Source of the DNA: Eimeria praecox
Lineage: Eukaryota
Length of the DNA stretch: 64,000 nucleotides
Direction of reading: 5' to 3'
Assembly (NCBI GenBank): GCA_963920595.1
Contig: OY986947.1
Span: 2,852,001-2,916,000, forward strand
Part shown: in pieces, positions 28,001 through 40,049 of the stretch
Layout of the letters: every line of letters begins with the position of its first letter
How positions within the stretch are numbered: position 1 is the stretch's first letter
Notes under the pieces: model-generated
Told to the model about the DNA's origin: nothing
Databases searched by the model: none
Seen by the model: only the letters and a program-made list of their open reading frames with translations
Made by a program: the position numbers and the translations under genes

Positions 28001-31000
28001 CTGCTCAATCCCACGACCCTCCAGTTGGAATACTTATAGGGCTCCTAGTTAAATGCGACGCCAAAGTGCAAACAGTCTCAGAACAAACCAGACTCGGGCC
28101 CTTGCCACCTGCCCAGAGAGGCAAACCCCTGCCCCCATATTTACTGTTTACTTGCAGATGCAGCATTGCAAAAAAAGTCCATATACAGGCCTCCGAGCTG
28201 CAACCCACGCGACACGCTTTGTCAAGAAAACCTGACGTCCTCCTTCCCGCTGTTCTATGAAACGCCCTCAACAAAATGCTGTCCCTGATATACAGCAACC
28301 CAAATACATGCAGTCGGCTACCCTCCAAGCACCTTGCAAGCGACTAATCAACAGAAGGTAGGCCAAAGCACCCATCCAAAGCAAACCACCGGCAAAGTCT
28401 AATTCCCATGCGAAGCAAAATTGTGAAGAAAACCACTCCGCTTGTCCAGGATTCCTCCACACAATGCCGTTTGCAATGTAAAGTGCCCCACACTCCGCAC
28501 ATCACCACCTCAGGAAACCTGAGCAGCACATATCCACGATGCAGTTCCCTGGCAGCTATCCGTACCAGCAGCGGCAAAAACCCAAACACACCTTCTGCGA
28601 AGAATTGCGCCCACAGCGACACCCCATAAGGAAATATCTCCGTTCCCCCCTTGAAGCACTAGGAAAAAAACAATAGGTCATGCGCTATTGCTGGAGGCCC
28701 CCCTCAACCTACTCCTAGAGTGCACCAGGTCAACAAAGGCCATCACGCATAAACGGGGCTAGCCCTCAATGCACCGAACCGTAATACCTTCTCGCAAACG
28801 AACGCCAACCACTGCACACTGTTGCGCGTTGCAGACATATCCTGATTTGCTCAACCTCGCGACCTTCCAGTTCCAATACTCACAAGCCTCCTAGTTAAAT
28901 GCGACGCCGGAATGCAAACCGCCCAACCAACTCCAACCCCTGCCGCGCACTATCTTTTCAACCACGAAATTCCTTATCCATACACTTGCTCCTCTCTTAC
29001 AGATGAAGCATTCCAACAAATATCCATATCCAGGCCTCCGAGCTGCAACCCATCCGACACGCTTTGTCAACAAAACCTGACTTCCTCCTCCCTCCTGTTC
29101 TCTGAGCCACACTCAGCAAAATGCCGTAATACTGTCCCTCATATATAGCAACCCAAATACATGCAGTCGGCTACCCTCCAAGCACCTTGCAAGCGACTAA
29201 TCAACAGAAGGTAGGCCAAAGCACCCATCCAAAGCAAACCACCGGCAAAGCCTAATTCCCATGCGAAGCAAAATTGTGAAGAAAACCACTCCGCTTGTCC
29301 AGGATTCCTCCACACAATGCCGTTTGCAATGTAAAGTGCCCCACACTCTCCACGTCACCACCTCAGGAAACCTGAGCAGCACATATCCACGATGCAGTTC
29401 CCTGGCAGGCATCCATACGAGCAGCAACAAAAACCCAAACACACCTTCTGCGATAATTGCGCCCACAGCGACACCCCATAAGGAAATATCTCCGTTCCCC
29501 CTTGAAGCACTAGGAAAAAAACAATAGGCCACGCGCTACTGCTGGAGGCCCCCCTCAACCTACTCCTAGAATGCACCAGGTCAACAACGGCCAGCACGCA
29601 TAAACGTGACTAGCCCTCAATGCACCGCACCATAATACCTACTCCCAAGCGAACGCCAGCCACTGCACACTGTTGCGCGTTGCAGACAGATCCTGATCTG
29701 CTCAACCTCGCGATCCTCCAGTTCCAATACTCATAAGCCTCCTAGTTAAATGCGACGCCGAAGTGCAAACAACATCAGAGCAAACCAGACTCGGGGCCTT
29801 GCCATCTACCCAGACAGGCGAACCTCTTCCGCTACAAGTAATGTTCACGTCCAGATGCAGCACTGCCACAAATGCATTCGGCTACCCTGCAAGCACCTTG
29901 CAAGCATCTAATCAACAAACGGTAAAACAAAGCATCCACCCAAAGCAAACCACCGGCAAAGTCTAATTCCCATGCGAAGCAAAATTGTGAAGAAAACCAT
30001 TCCGCTTGTCCAGGATTCCTCCACGCAATGCTGCTTGCAAGGTGAAGTGCCCCACACTCTGCACATCACCACCTCAGGAAGCCTGGGCAGCACATATCCA
30101 CGATGCAGTTCCCTGGCAGCCATCCATACGAGCAACGACAAAAACCCAAACACACCTTCTGCGAAGAATTGCGCCCACAGCGGCAACCCATGAGGAAATA
30201 CCTCCTTGCCCCCCTTGAAGCACTAGGAAAAAAACAATAGGTCATGCGCTATTGCTGGAGGCCCCCCTTAACCTACTCCTAGAGTGCACCAGGTCAACAA
30301 AGGCCATCACGCATAAACGGGGCTAGCCCTCAATGCACCGAACCGTAATACCTCCTCGCAAACGAACGCCAACCACTGCACACTGTTGGGCGTTGCAGAC
30401 ATATCCTGATTTGCTCAACCTCGCGACCTTCCAGTTCCAATACTCACAAGCCTCGCGACCTTCCAGTTCCAATACTCACAAGCCTCCTAGTTAAATGCGA
30501 CGCCGGAATGCAAACCGCCCAACCAACTCCAACCCCTGCCGCGCACTATCTTTTCAACCACGAAATTCCTTATCCATACACTTGCTCCTCTCTTACAGAT
30601 GAAGCATTCCAACAAATATCCATATCCAGGCCTCCGAGCTGCAACCCATCCGACACGCTTTGTCAACAAAACCTGACTTCCTCCTCCCTCCTGTTCTCTG
30701 AGCCACACTCAGCAAAATGCCGTAATACTGTCCCTGATATATAGCAACCCAAATACATGCAGTCGGCTACCCTCCAAGCACCTTGCAAGCGACTAATCAA
30801 CAGAAGGTAGGCCAAAGCACCCATCCAAAGCAAACCACCGGCAAAGTCTAATTCCCATGCGAAGCAAAATTGTGAAGAAAACCACTCCGCTTGTCCAGGA
30901 TTCCTCCACACAATGCCGTTTGCAATGTAAAGTGCCCCACACTCTCCACGTCACCACCTCAGGAAACCTGAGCAGCACATATCCACGATGCAGTTCCCTG

Positions 31001-33803
31001 GCAGGCATCCATACGAGCAGCGGCAAAAACCCAAACACACCGTCTGCGATAATTGCGCCCACAGCGACACCCCATGAGGAAATATCTCCGTTCCCCCCTT
31101 GAAGCACTAGGAAAAAAACAACAGGTCATGCGCTATTGCTGGAGGCCCCCCTTAAGCTACTCCTAGAATGCATCAGGTCAACAAAGGCCAGCACGCATAA
31201 ACGTGACTAGCCCTCAATGCACCGAACCATAATGACTTTTCGCAAACGAACGCCAGCCACTGCACACTGCTGCGCGTTGCAGACATATCCTGATCTGCTA
31301 AACCTCGCGATCCTCCAGTTCCAATACTCATAAGCCTCACAGTTAAATGCGACGCCGAAGTGCAAACAATCTCAGAGCAAACCAGACTCGGGGCCTTGCC
31401 ATCTACCCAGACAGGCGAACCTCTTCCGCTACAAGTAATGTTCACGTCCAGATGCAGCATCGCTACAGATGCATTCGGCTACCCTGCAAGCACCTTGCAA
31501 GCATCTAATCAACAAACGGTAGAACAAAGCATCCATCCAAAGCAAACCACCGGCAAAGCCTAATTCCCATGCGAAGCAAAATTGTGAGGAAAACCATTCT
31601 GCTTGTCCAGGAGTCCTCCACGCAATGCCGTTTGCAATGTAAAGTGCCCCACACTCCGCACATCACCACCTCAGGAAACCTGAGCAGCACATATCCACGA
31701 TGCAGTTCCCTGGCAGGCATCCGTACCAGCAGCGACAAAACCCCAAACACACCTTCTGCGATAATTGCGCCCACAGCGACACCCCATAAGGAAATATCTC
31801 CGTGCCCCCCTTGAAGCACTAGGAAAGAAGCAATAGGTCATGCGCTATTGCTGGAGGCCCCCCTCAACCTCCTCCTAGAGTGCACCAGGTCAACAAAGGC
31901 CAGCACGCATAAACGGGGCTAGCCCTCAATGCTCCGAACCGTAATACCTTCTCGCAAGCGAACGCCAGCCACTGCACACTGCTGCGCGTTGCAGACATAT
32001 CCTGATGTGCTCCATTCCACGACCCTCCAGTTGCAATACTCACAAGCCTCCTATTTAAATGCGACTCCGAAGTGCAAACAACCTCAGAGCAAACCAGACT
32101 CGGGGCCTTGCTATCTGCCCAGACAGGCAAGCCTCTTTCCCTACAAGTAACGTTCACTTCCAGATGCAGCACTGCCACAAATGCATTGGCCTACGCTGAA
32201 AGCACCTTGCAAGCGACTAATCAACAAACGGTAGAACAAAGCATCCACCCAAAGCAAACCACCGGCAAAGTCTAATTCCCATGCGAAGCAAAATTGTGAA
32301 GAAAACCATTCCGCTTGTCCAGGATTCCTCCACACAATGCCGTGTGCAATGTAAAGTGCCCCACACTCCGCACATCACCACCTCAGGAAACCTGAGCAGC
32401 ACATATCCACGATGCAGTTCCCTGGCAGCCATCCATACGAGCAGCGACAAAAACCCAAACACACCTTCTGCGAAGAATTGCGCCCACAGCGGCAACCCAT
32501 GAGGAAATATCTCCGTTCCCCCCTTGAAGCACTAGGAAAAAAACAATAGGTCATGCGCTATTGCTGGAGGCCCCCCTCAACCTACTCCTAGAATGCATCA
32601 GGTCAGCAAAGGCCATCACGCATACACGTGACTAGCCCTGAATGCACCGAACCATAATGACTTTTCGCAAACGAACGCCACCCACTGCACACTGTTGCGC
32701 GTTGCAGACATATCCTGATCTGCTCAACCTCGCGATCCTCCAGTTCCAATACTCATAAGCCTCCTAGTTAAATGTGACTCCGAAGTGCAAACAATCTCAG
32801 AGCAAACCAGACTGGGGCCCTTGCCATCTGCCCAGAGAGGAAAGCCACTGCCCCCATATTTACTGATCACTTCCATATGGAACGTGGCAAAAAAAGGTCT
32901 ATATACAGGCCTCCGAGCTGCAACCCATGCGACGCACTTTATCAGCAAAACCTGGCATCCTCTTTCCCGCTGTTCCTTAAACCACATTCAACAAAATGCC
33001 ATAATACTGTTCCTGATATATAGCAACCCAAATACATGCAGTCGGCTACCCTCCAAGCACCTTGCAAGCGACTAATCAACAGAAGGTAGAACAAAGCATC
33101 CACCCAAAGCAAACCACCGGCAAAGTCTAATTCCCATGCGAAGCAAAATTGTGAAGAAAACCATTCCGCTTGTCCAGGATTCCTCCACACAATGCCGTTT
33201 GCAATGTAAAGTGCCCCACACTCCGCACATCACCACCTCAGGAAACCTGAGCAGCACATATCCACGATGCAGTTCCCTGGCAGCCATCCATACGAGCAGC
33301 GACAAAAACCCAAACACACCTTCTGCGAAGAATTGCGCCCACAGCGACACCCCATGAGGAAATGTCTCCGTTCCCCCCTTGAAGCACTAGGAAAAAAACA
33401 ATAGGTCACGCGCTATTGCTGGAGGCCCCCCTCAACCCACTCCTAGAATGCACCAGGTCAACAAAGGCCAGCACGCATAAACGTGACTAGCCCTCAATGC
33501 ACCGAACCATAATGCCTTTTCGCAAACGAACGCCACCCACTGCACACTGTTGCGCGTTGCAGACATATCCTGATTTGCTCAACTTCGCGATCCTCCAGTT
33601 CCAATACTCATAAGCCTCACAGTTAAATGCGACTCCGAAGTGCAAACAACATCAGAGCAAACCAGACTCGGGGCCTTGCCATCTGCCCAGACAGGCAAAC
33701 CTCTTTCCCTACAAGTAATGTTCACTTCCAGATGCAGCATTGCCACAAATGCATTCGGCTACCTTGCAAGCACGTTGTAAGCAACTAATCGACAGAAGGT
33801 AGA
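25070..33803. repeat. Complex tandem (satellite-like) array of 11 units in two size classes (~712 bp and ~853 bp)
   Basis: Anchor ATGCGAAGCAAAATTGTG at 25306, 26005, 26717, 27569, 28408, 29261, 29972, 30857, 31569, 32281 and 33136 (spacings 699, 712, 852, 839, 853, 711, 885, 712, 712, 855). The + strand is C/A-rich. Confidence 0.97.
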
Positions 33804-34794
33804 CCACGGCTTGCATGCACAGGCCTGCAAGCCTATGAGACTGCTTCATCTAGATCTGTGCGATTTGAATAGAGCTGGCAGCGCTGCTCCTCTCACGCTT
33901 TTCGGCTGACCTTGCCTTCCACCTCGCCGCAGGTGTTTGGAGCTATGTTCCGTATGTGATGCTTTACCATTCATCACGGCGCTCAACAAGCTAAACGAAT
34001 CCAGAGACGCTTTTGAAAGAGCAGGCGGTTCATCTAAAAGTCCAGGAGCACGCGCCACCCAAGCCTGACTGGCAAGCTGCGGTTAGGAGCAGCAATAAAT
34101 CGATCAGTTTGGTCTTGCGTGAAACTCTTCTCGCGTGAGAAAGGCCATTCGGACGCTAGTCTGAAATCCTTCTGGGAGCCCTAGTAATTGCAAGTCGCTC
34201 GCTGCAAGGGTTGGCGGGAGGTAAAGGCAAGCAAACGCAGGTCCAGGTCATGGGTACTTGCCCATGGAGGCCAGTTATGCTGCTTATTATTAGCAGCATC
34301 GGATGACGGGCGCCCTCTTGAAAACGATAGTGAACACTCACCCTCCTATCTAACTTTGGCTTCGGGGTTTTGACAAATCTCCAGTCAAAATTATTGCAAA
34401 TCAGCAATGGGCTATGCTACTTAGGTCTGTGTCGCGTAGATTTGCGCGTCGAGTTTCGTACCACACCCCGAAGTTGCACTAACTCGAGTGCGTGTGCTTG
34501 CTCTGCATTAGATGTTAAGCAGTGAGATGACCACAGTCACCCCAACTCTGGCGTGTCTAACTGAAAGGTATTCCGTGATGCACACAGATTTATGCTTCGC
34601 ACGATAATCACGCAATGCTATATGCGGAGATGATCTATCCGCAATATAATCGACACTCTGCAGAACCACCAAAGCGTGACACATGCGGACGCAGCATTGC
34701 GCCACCTTCTGAAAGCATCGCCCTAACACGAGAAAAAAGCTGGATGCAGCAAGCAGACGCTCAGCTGAGACACGTGAGAGGCCTCGTGCAGGTC

Positions 34795-35873
34795 GCAGCA
34801 CCGTCAAAAACTGTGACGTAAATTAAACTCAGGGCCACTTCGGGTGGGGTCGAATACCCATGGAAAAACTAACCAACCGCTGCACGAAGCACGTCTCAGT
34901 GGGTACTTGGCGCACATCTAGAGAATCAAAGAACTCCTCTGGCCTTGCCCAACCTCAAGAGGATTCACTACAACAGCATACACCAGAAATCTGCAGACCC
35001 CGTGCATTTCCGGAAAAACTGCCCGGCGGTAGCTGCCACAAGCCCCTGGCAAATTCAGCCAGCATGCGCTGTTGTCGAGGACCTGTCAAACCCTACAGAG
35101 TACAAAATGGTCCTTATACATTCGCCAGTTTTATGGTTCATGGCTCATGGCGTTGCAACACACGCACGCAATAGTGCTAGGTCAGGCCCCTGTGGAAAAT
35201 TCGCTCACGGGCTGTGATCCATGTCACCACACAACAGCTCAAATGGAGACGCAGGCGTCCCTTCCTACCATGCAATAAGGCAGGACAGCTCTGCTGGGGA
35301 TCTCGGAAGCACTCTTCAAAACACCCTTAGCTACCCACCCCATTAAGTCCAGCCAAACGGTGTAATTGTGTTCTTGACCCTCAGCCTGTATAAATGAGTG
35401 CATCCGTCTTCGGATATTCGAAAGAGCTCTGCCTATGCGCCGCTGGTCTCTACACTGGCGCTCAAAGCACGCTGGCCATTTACTTATACATCCGCACAGG
35501 TAAGCAAGGATCACAAAGCATGTGGCTTCTCAAGCGAGACCCCTGTAGTAAATGGAACTGCCCTTCCGAAAATAACATTATAATTGCGGTTACCGTCAGA
35601 GTCTCCGCAAGCCAGAAGCTAACGGATAAAACCGCCAGCACCGCGCCAGCTGCAGCGTATACGCACAAAAGCCCACTACGCGTTCTCAAGTAGCCAGTGG
35701 TACAATGCAGCCACCTCAACGGAACTGCCTTCACGCATGTGCGCAGGACCCCTTCGCATTAAAGACGCAACACCTAAACGTAAGATGTGCTAGAACCGCA
35801 TCTATGGCTAGAAATACAATGTGCACTATTTCGCGGGCCCGAACGCTGTGCATGTAAGGAGGCCACTCGGTAG
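34795..35873 (+). repeat. 1,079-bp direct repeat, copy 1
   Basis: Matches 37646-38724 at offset 2851 with only a few substitutions; the ORF track shows identical ORFs in both copies. Confidence 0.97.
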
Positions 35874-37368
35874 TCTATTGCAACTGACGGCAATGCAAGC
35901 AAGGCTCGTATGTGCACCAAGCACAGCATGTGCCATACAATGCCAGCTTAGCTTACTGTCAACTAGCCTTGGCGTCGAACGTTACAGATACCCTATATCC
36001 TGTTCAAAATCCCGACTCACTTTCTGCGCCAGCAAACGTGCGTGTGGTAATCAGGTCCATCCATCCACGGAACTGTCTGCTTTGTCGGTAAGGTCCTGCA
36101 GGTGGATCTTCACCCACAAACCCTTCTCCACTATCAACTGCCAGTCGCAGCAGAGCTCTTTACCTACAAAACCTTCTCTACTATCCACTACCAGTCGTAG
36201 TAGAGCCCCACCTTTCCTCATGGAGCATGCTTATTGCTGAGGTGGCCACTCCTAAGCGGACTTACCCACGTTAGGCCACACTGGATCCTTCGCCTGTGTT
36301 TTACATGTGAAATAACTAAGTACCCCCAAACACACCACCCACGCAGAGCTCCAGCATCCAAAAGCTGTCTAGCAATCTTCTACGCCGAAGAAGAGCCAGA
36401 TGACACTCAGCTATTCGAACTAACAGAGCGGTCCGTAGAGAGCAATTTTGGATGCAGGTGGCCTTAGGACGAGCAGCCTCAACGGTTGCAACATTTAGTC
36501 TGGCCCGCGAATGTGGTCGTCTGAAATGAAACAACCAGCGCACTGGCTGAACTCGGCCCCACAGAACGTAAACCAACTAGGGCGCTTAGCTGTCAAACCC
36601 CGTGTGCCGCAGGATAGGAACAATCAAGACGTGCCAACTGCACAAGCTGCAGGCCAGCTATGCGTTCCAGTTTCCTCCTGAGACAAAGACGCAGCCAACA
36701 GCAGGCAGCGGAGGACGTAGAACAATGCTTGGTTTCGCAGTCATCATTATTGTTAGAATCCAATCTGGAGACACAGAAATGTTAGCACGCACGACACAGA
36801 AACGTTTCTACCCACTGATTATGTTTACGCGCATGGGAAAGCCTCAACGTTCGCTGGCCAGAATAACAGCGAGCTCTGGCAGCTAGCCTCCAATGCCTTG
36901 GGGGCAATTCTGCCGTACCTTACCCTGAGCAGGGATGCAACAAGTTCACCCCACCTCGGGACTCCCGTACTTAACACGCCCTACATCCCTGCCGCGTGCC
37001 TCAGCCGCAGCCGTGATGGAGCACGCACAGACTGTTCAAATCACGATATGCAACGCATTCCACCATGCAAATGGCATGCTGCCAGAACTTCATTGCATCC
37101 CACGCTCTTTGCACCACGGATGCTCACAGCGCTGGTTGCTCTGAAACGAACAAAAATGAGACCTAGTGAACCAAGGTCAGCAATACGGTGCATGCCGATC
37201 AAAACGTTCCCTGGTCGGAAACCCAACACCAATATGCAGCCCTATATGACGCCCTCAATATGCTTGCTGACAAAACAACGCGCCTATCCAGCCGTGAACA
37301 GGTGCCCCAATTTAGAACTTTCCGTGGTTCATCCACTTAGTTTCCCGTAACGGCATTCAATAGCTATT

Positions 37369-37506
37369 GCCAGCCACATTCCGACGCCCGCAGCAGCACG
37401 GGTCAACGGAAGAAAAGTCCCAACCAGACGCTGCACCTGAACCAAAGCTGCACAGGTGCACCCAGGCACGGCTCGCTTTGACGAAAGATGTGGGTTGCGC
37501 TTATGG
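37369..37506 (+). repeat. 138-bp direct repeat; second copy at 38724-38861
   Basis: GCCAGCCA(C/T)ATTCCGAC...GCGCTTATGG occurs twice and is visibly more diverged than the 1,079-bp repeat. Confidence 0.9.
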
Positions 37507-37645
37507 GAGCTACCGTCAGACTGCAACGCACTTATCCTTCGTCGTAGTCCCACAATATAGGAAGAACAGGCAACAGTGCACTACCCTTTCATATACGCTT
37601 CCTCAAGGCATTTCAGCGACCGCACCCAGCATCTTCCTACGGCGA

Positions 37646-38724
37646 GCAGCACCGTCAAAAACTGTGACGTAAATTAAACTCAGGGCCACTTCGGGTGGGG
37701 TCAAATACCCATGGAAAAACTAACCAACCGCTGCACGAAGCACGTCTCAGTGGGTACTTGGCGCACATCTAGAGAATCAAAGAACTCCTCTGGCCTTGCC
37801 CAACCTCAAGAGGATTCACTACAACAGCATACACCAGAAATCTGCAGACCCCGTGCATTTCCGGAAAAACTGCCCGGCGGTAGCTGCCACAAGCCCCTGG
37901 CAAATTCAGCCAGCATGCGCTGTTGTCGAGGACCTGTCAAACCCTACAGAGTACAAAATGGTCCTTATACATTCGCCAGTTTTATGGTTCATGGCTCATG
38001 GCGTTGCAACACACGCACGCAATAGTGCTAGGTCAGGCCCCTGTGGAAAATTCGCTCACGGGCTGTGATCCATGTCACCACACAACAGCTCAAATGGAGA
38101 CGCAGGCGTCCCTTCCTACCATGCAATAAGGCAGGACAGCTCTGCTGGGGATCTCGGAAGCACTCTTCAAAACACCCTTAGCTACCCACCCCATTAAGTC
38201 CAGCCAAACGGTGTAATTGTGTTCTTGACCCTCAGCCTGTATAAATGAGTGCATCCGTCTTCGGATATTCGAAAGAGCTCTGCCTATGCGCCGCTGGTCT
38301 CTACACTGGCGCTCAAAGCACGCTGGCCATTTACTTATACATCCGCACAGGTAAGCAAGGATCACAAAGCATGTGGCTTCTCAAGCGAGACCCCTGTAGT
38401 AAATGGAACTGCCCTTCCGAAAATAACATTATAATTGCGGTTACCGTCAGAGTCTCCGCAAGCCAGAAGCTAACGGATAAAACCGCCAGCACCGCGCCAG
38501 CTGCAGCGTATACGCACAAAAGCCCACTACGCGTTCTCAAGTAGCCAGTGGTACAATGCAGCCACCTCAACGGAACTGCCTTCACGCATGTGCGCAGGAC
38601 CCATTCGCATTAGAGACGCAACACCTAAACGTAAGATGTGCTAGAACCGCATCTATGGCTAGAAATACAATGTGCACTATTTCGCGGGCCCGAACGCTGT
38701 GCATGTAAGGAGGCCACCCGGTAG
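37646..38724 (+). repeat. 1,079-bp direct repeat, copy 2
   Basis: Both copies begin GCAGCACCGTCAAAAACTG and end GGAGGCCAC(T/C)CGGTAG. Confidence 0.97.
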
Positions 38725-38859
38725 CCAGCCATATTCCGACCGCTGCAGCAGCACGGGTCAACGGAAGAAAAGTCCGAACCAGACGCTGCACCTGAACCAA
38801 AGCTGCACAGGTGCACCCAGACACGGCTCGCTTTGACGAAGGATTCGGGTCGCGCTTAT

Positions 38860-38861
<2 letters not shown>

Positions 38862-38943
<82 letters not shown>

Positions 38944-39015
38944 TATCTATATCTATATCTATATATATGTATATATATATATATACAGATATCTATATCT
39001 ATATCTATATGTATA

Positions 39016-39058
<43 letters not shown>

Positions 39059-39620
39059 ACCTATATGTATCCATATCTATCTATATCTATATATATAGCT
39101 ATAGATACAGATATAGATACATAGATATAGATATAGATAAAGATATATATGCAGATATAGATATAGATATAGATATAGATATAGATATAGATATAGATAT
39201 AGATATAGATATAGATATAGATATAGATATAGATATAGATATAGATATAGATATAGATATAGATATAGATATAGATATAGATATAGATATAGATATAGAT
39301 ATAGATATAGATATAGATATAGATATAGATATAGATATAGATATAGATATAGATATACATATACATATACATATAGACATAGATATAGATATAGATATAG
39401 ATATAGATATAGATATAGATATAGATATAGATATAGATATAGATATAGATATAGATATAGATATAGATATAGATATAGATATAGATATAGATATAGATAT
39501 AGATATAGATATAGATATAGATATAGATATAGATATAGATATAGATATAGATATAGATATAGATATAGATATAGATATAGATATAGATATAGATATAGAT
39601 ATATAGATATATAGATACAG
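38862..39620. repeat. Compound microsatellite (TA)n / (ATCTAT)n / (ATAGAT)n
   Basis: Directly visible; the long ATAGAT run spans ~39120-39610. Confidence 0.98.
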
Positions 39621-39707
39621 ATAATGTAAATATAAATTCTTATGGATCCGCCCTGGAATGCTTTCTGGGGCCCCTCACTGGAACATATAATGTTGCAGAA
39701 TACGTAC

Positions 39708-40049
39708 ACTGCAGGACCAATAGCTTTCTGCAAGCATTCGTTTTGTTGTTGTTGAGTGTCCCATTGCTGCTTGGTTGGATCTCATTGTCTGGGAGCAGCG
39801 GAAGACCAGAAATACTGTGACGGCCATGACGCTTAGCAGAGCGACTCCATGCAGAAACAAGCTGAGGCGGTGCCTCCTCAACTCCAATGGGAAGCCGGCC
39901 TTTTTGATCAGGAAAGCCTCGCTGTTCCCTGGAATGGGCTCGGCGCCAGGAGATGAAACGTTCCCCTCAGTATCCCCCAATTGAAAGTGGTTACTTGCTG
40001 CCATAGCAAGATCCAAAGAAGCAAATATCAAAGGCAATGCGCGCTTCAT
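39708..40049 (-). CDS. First exon of a putative secreted or exported coccidian protein (hydrophobic segment followed by RMLAE); no downstream exon found, possibly a pseudogene
   Basis: ATG in a strong apicomplexan context (CTCAAAATG). It encodes MKRALPLIFASLDLAMA..., then LFLHGVALLSVMAVTVFLVFRC, then KRMLAE, then a phase-0 donor AGT|GTACGT at 39707. Confidence 0.55.

Noticed and set aside
25306..33357. Repeated MRSKIVKKT... ORFs as a tandem gene family
   Set aside because: Lengths vary (73/81/88 aa) through single-base indels and poly-C slippage, the opposite strand is equally open, and no domain is recognisable.
25070..33803. Array as a 5S rRNA, snRNA or CRISPR array
   Set aside because: The unit size resembles coccidian 5S repeats, but no 5S sequence is recognisable on either strand. 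The GCAGCACATAT resemblance to U6 does not extend. There are no short repeats with unique spacers, no cas genes, and the DNA is eukaryotic.
34795..38724. 1,079-bp repeats as LTRs of a TRIM/LARD-type element
   Set aside because: No TG...CA termini, target-site duplication, PBS or PPT is evident, and segment C is also duplicated outside the pair.
38811..39733. Long YI/DI/LY-repeat ORFs
   Set aside because: Translation artefacts of the microsatellite.
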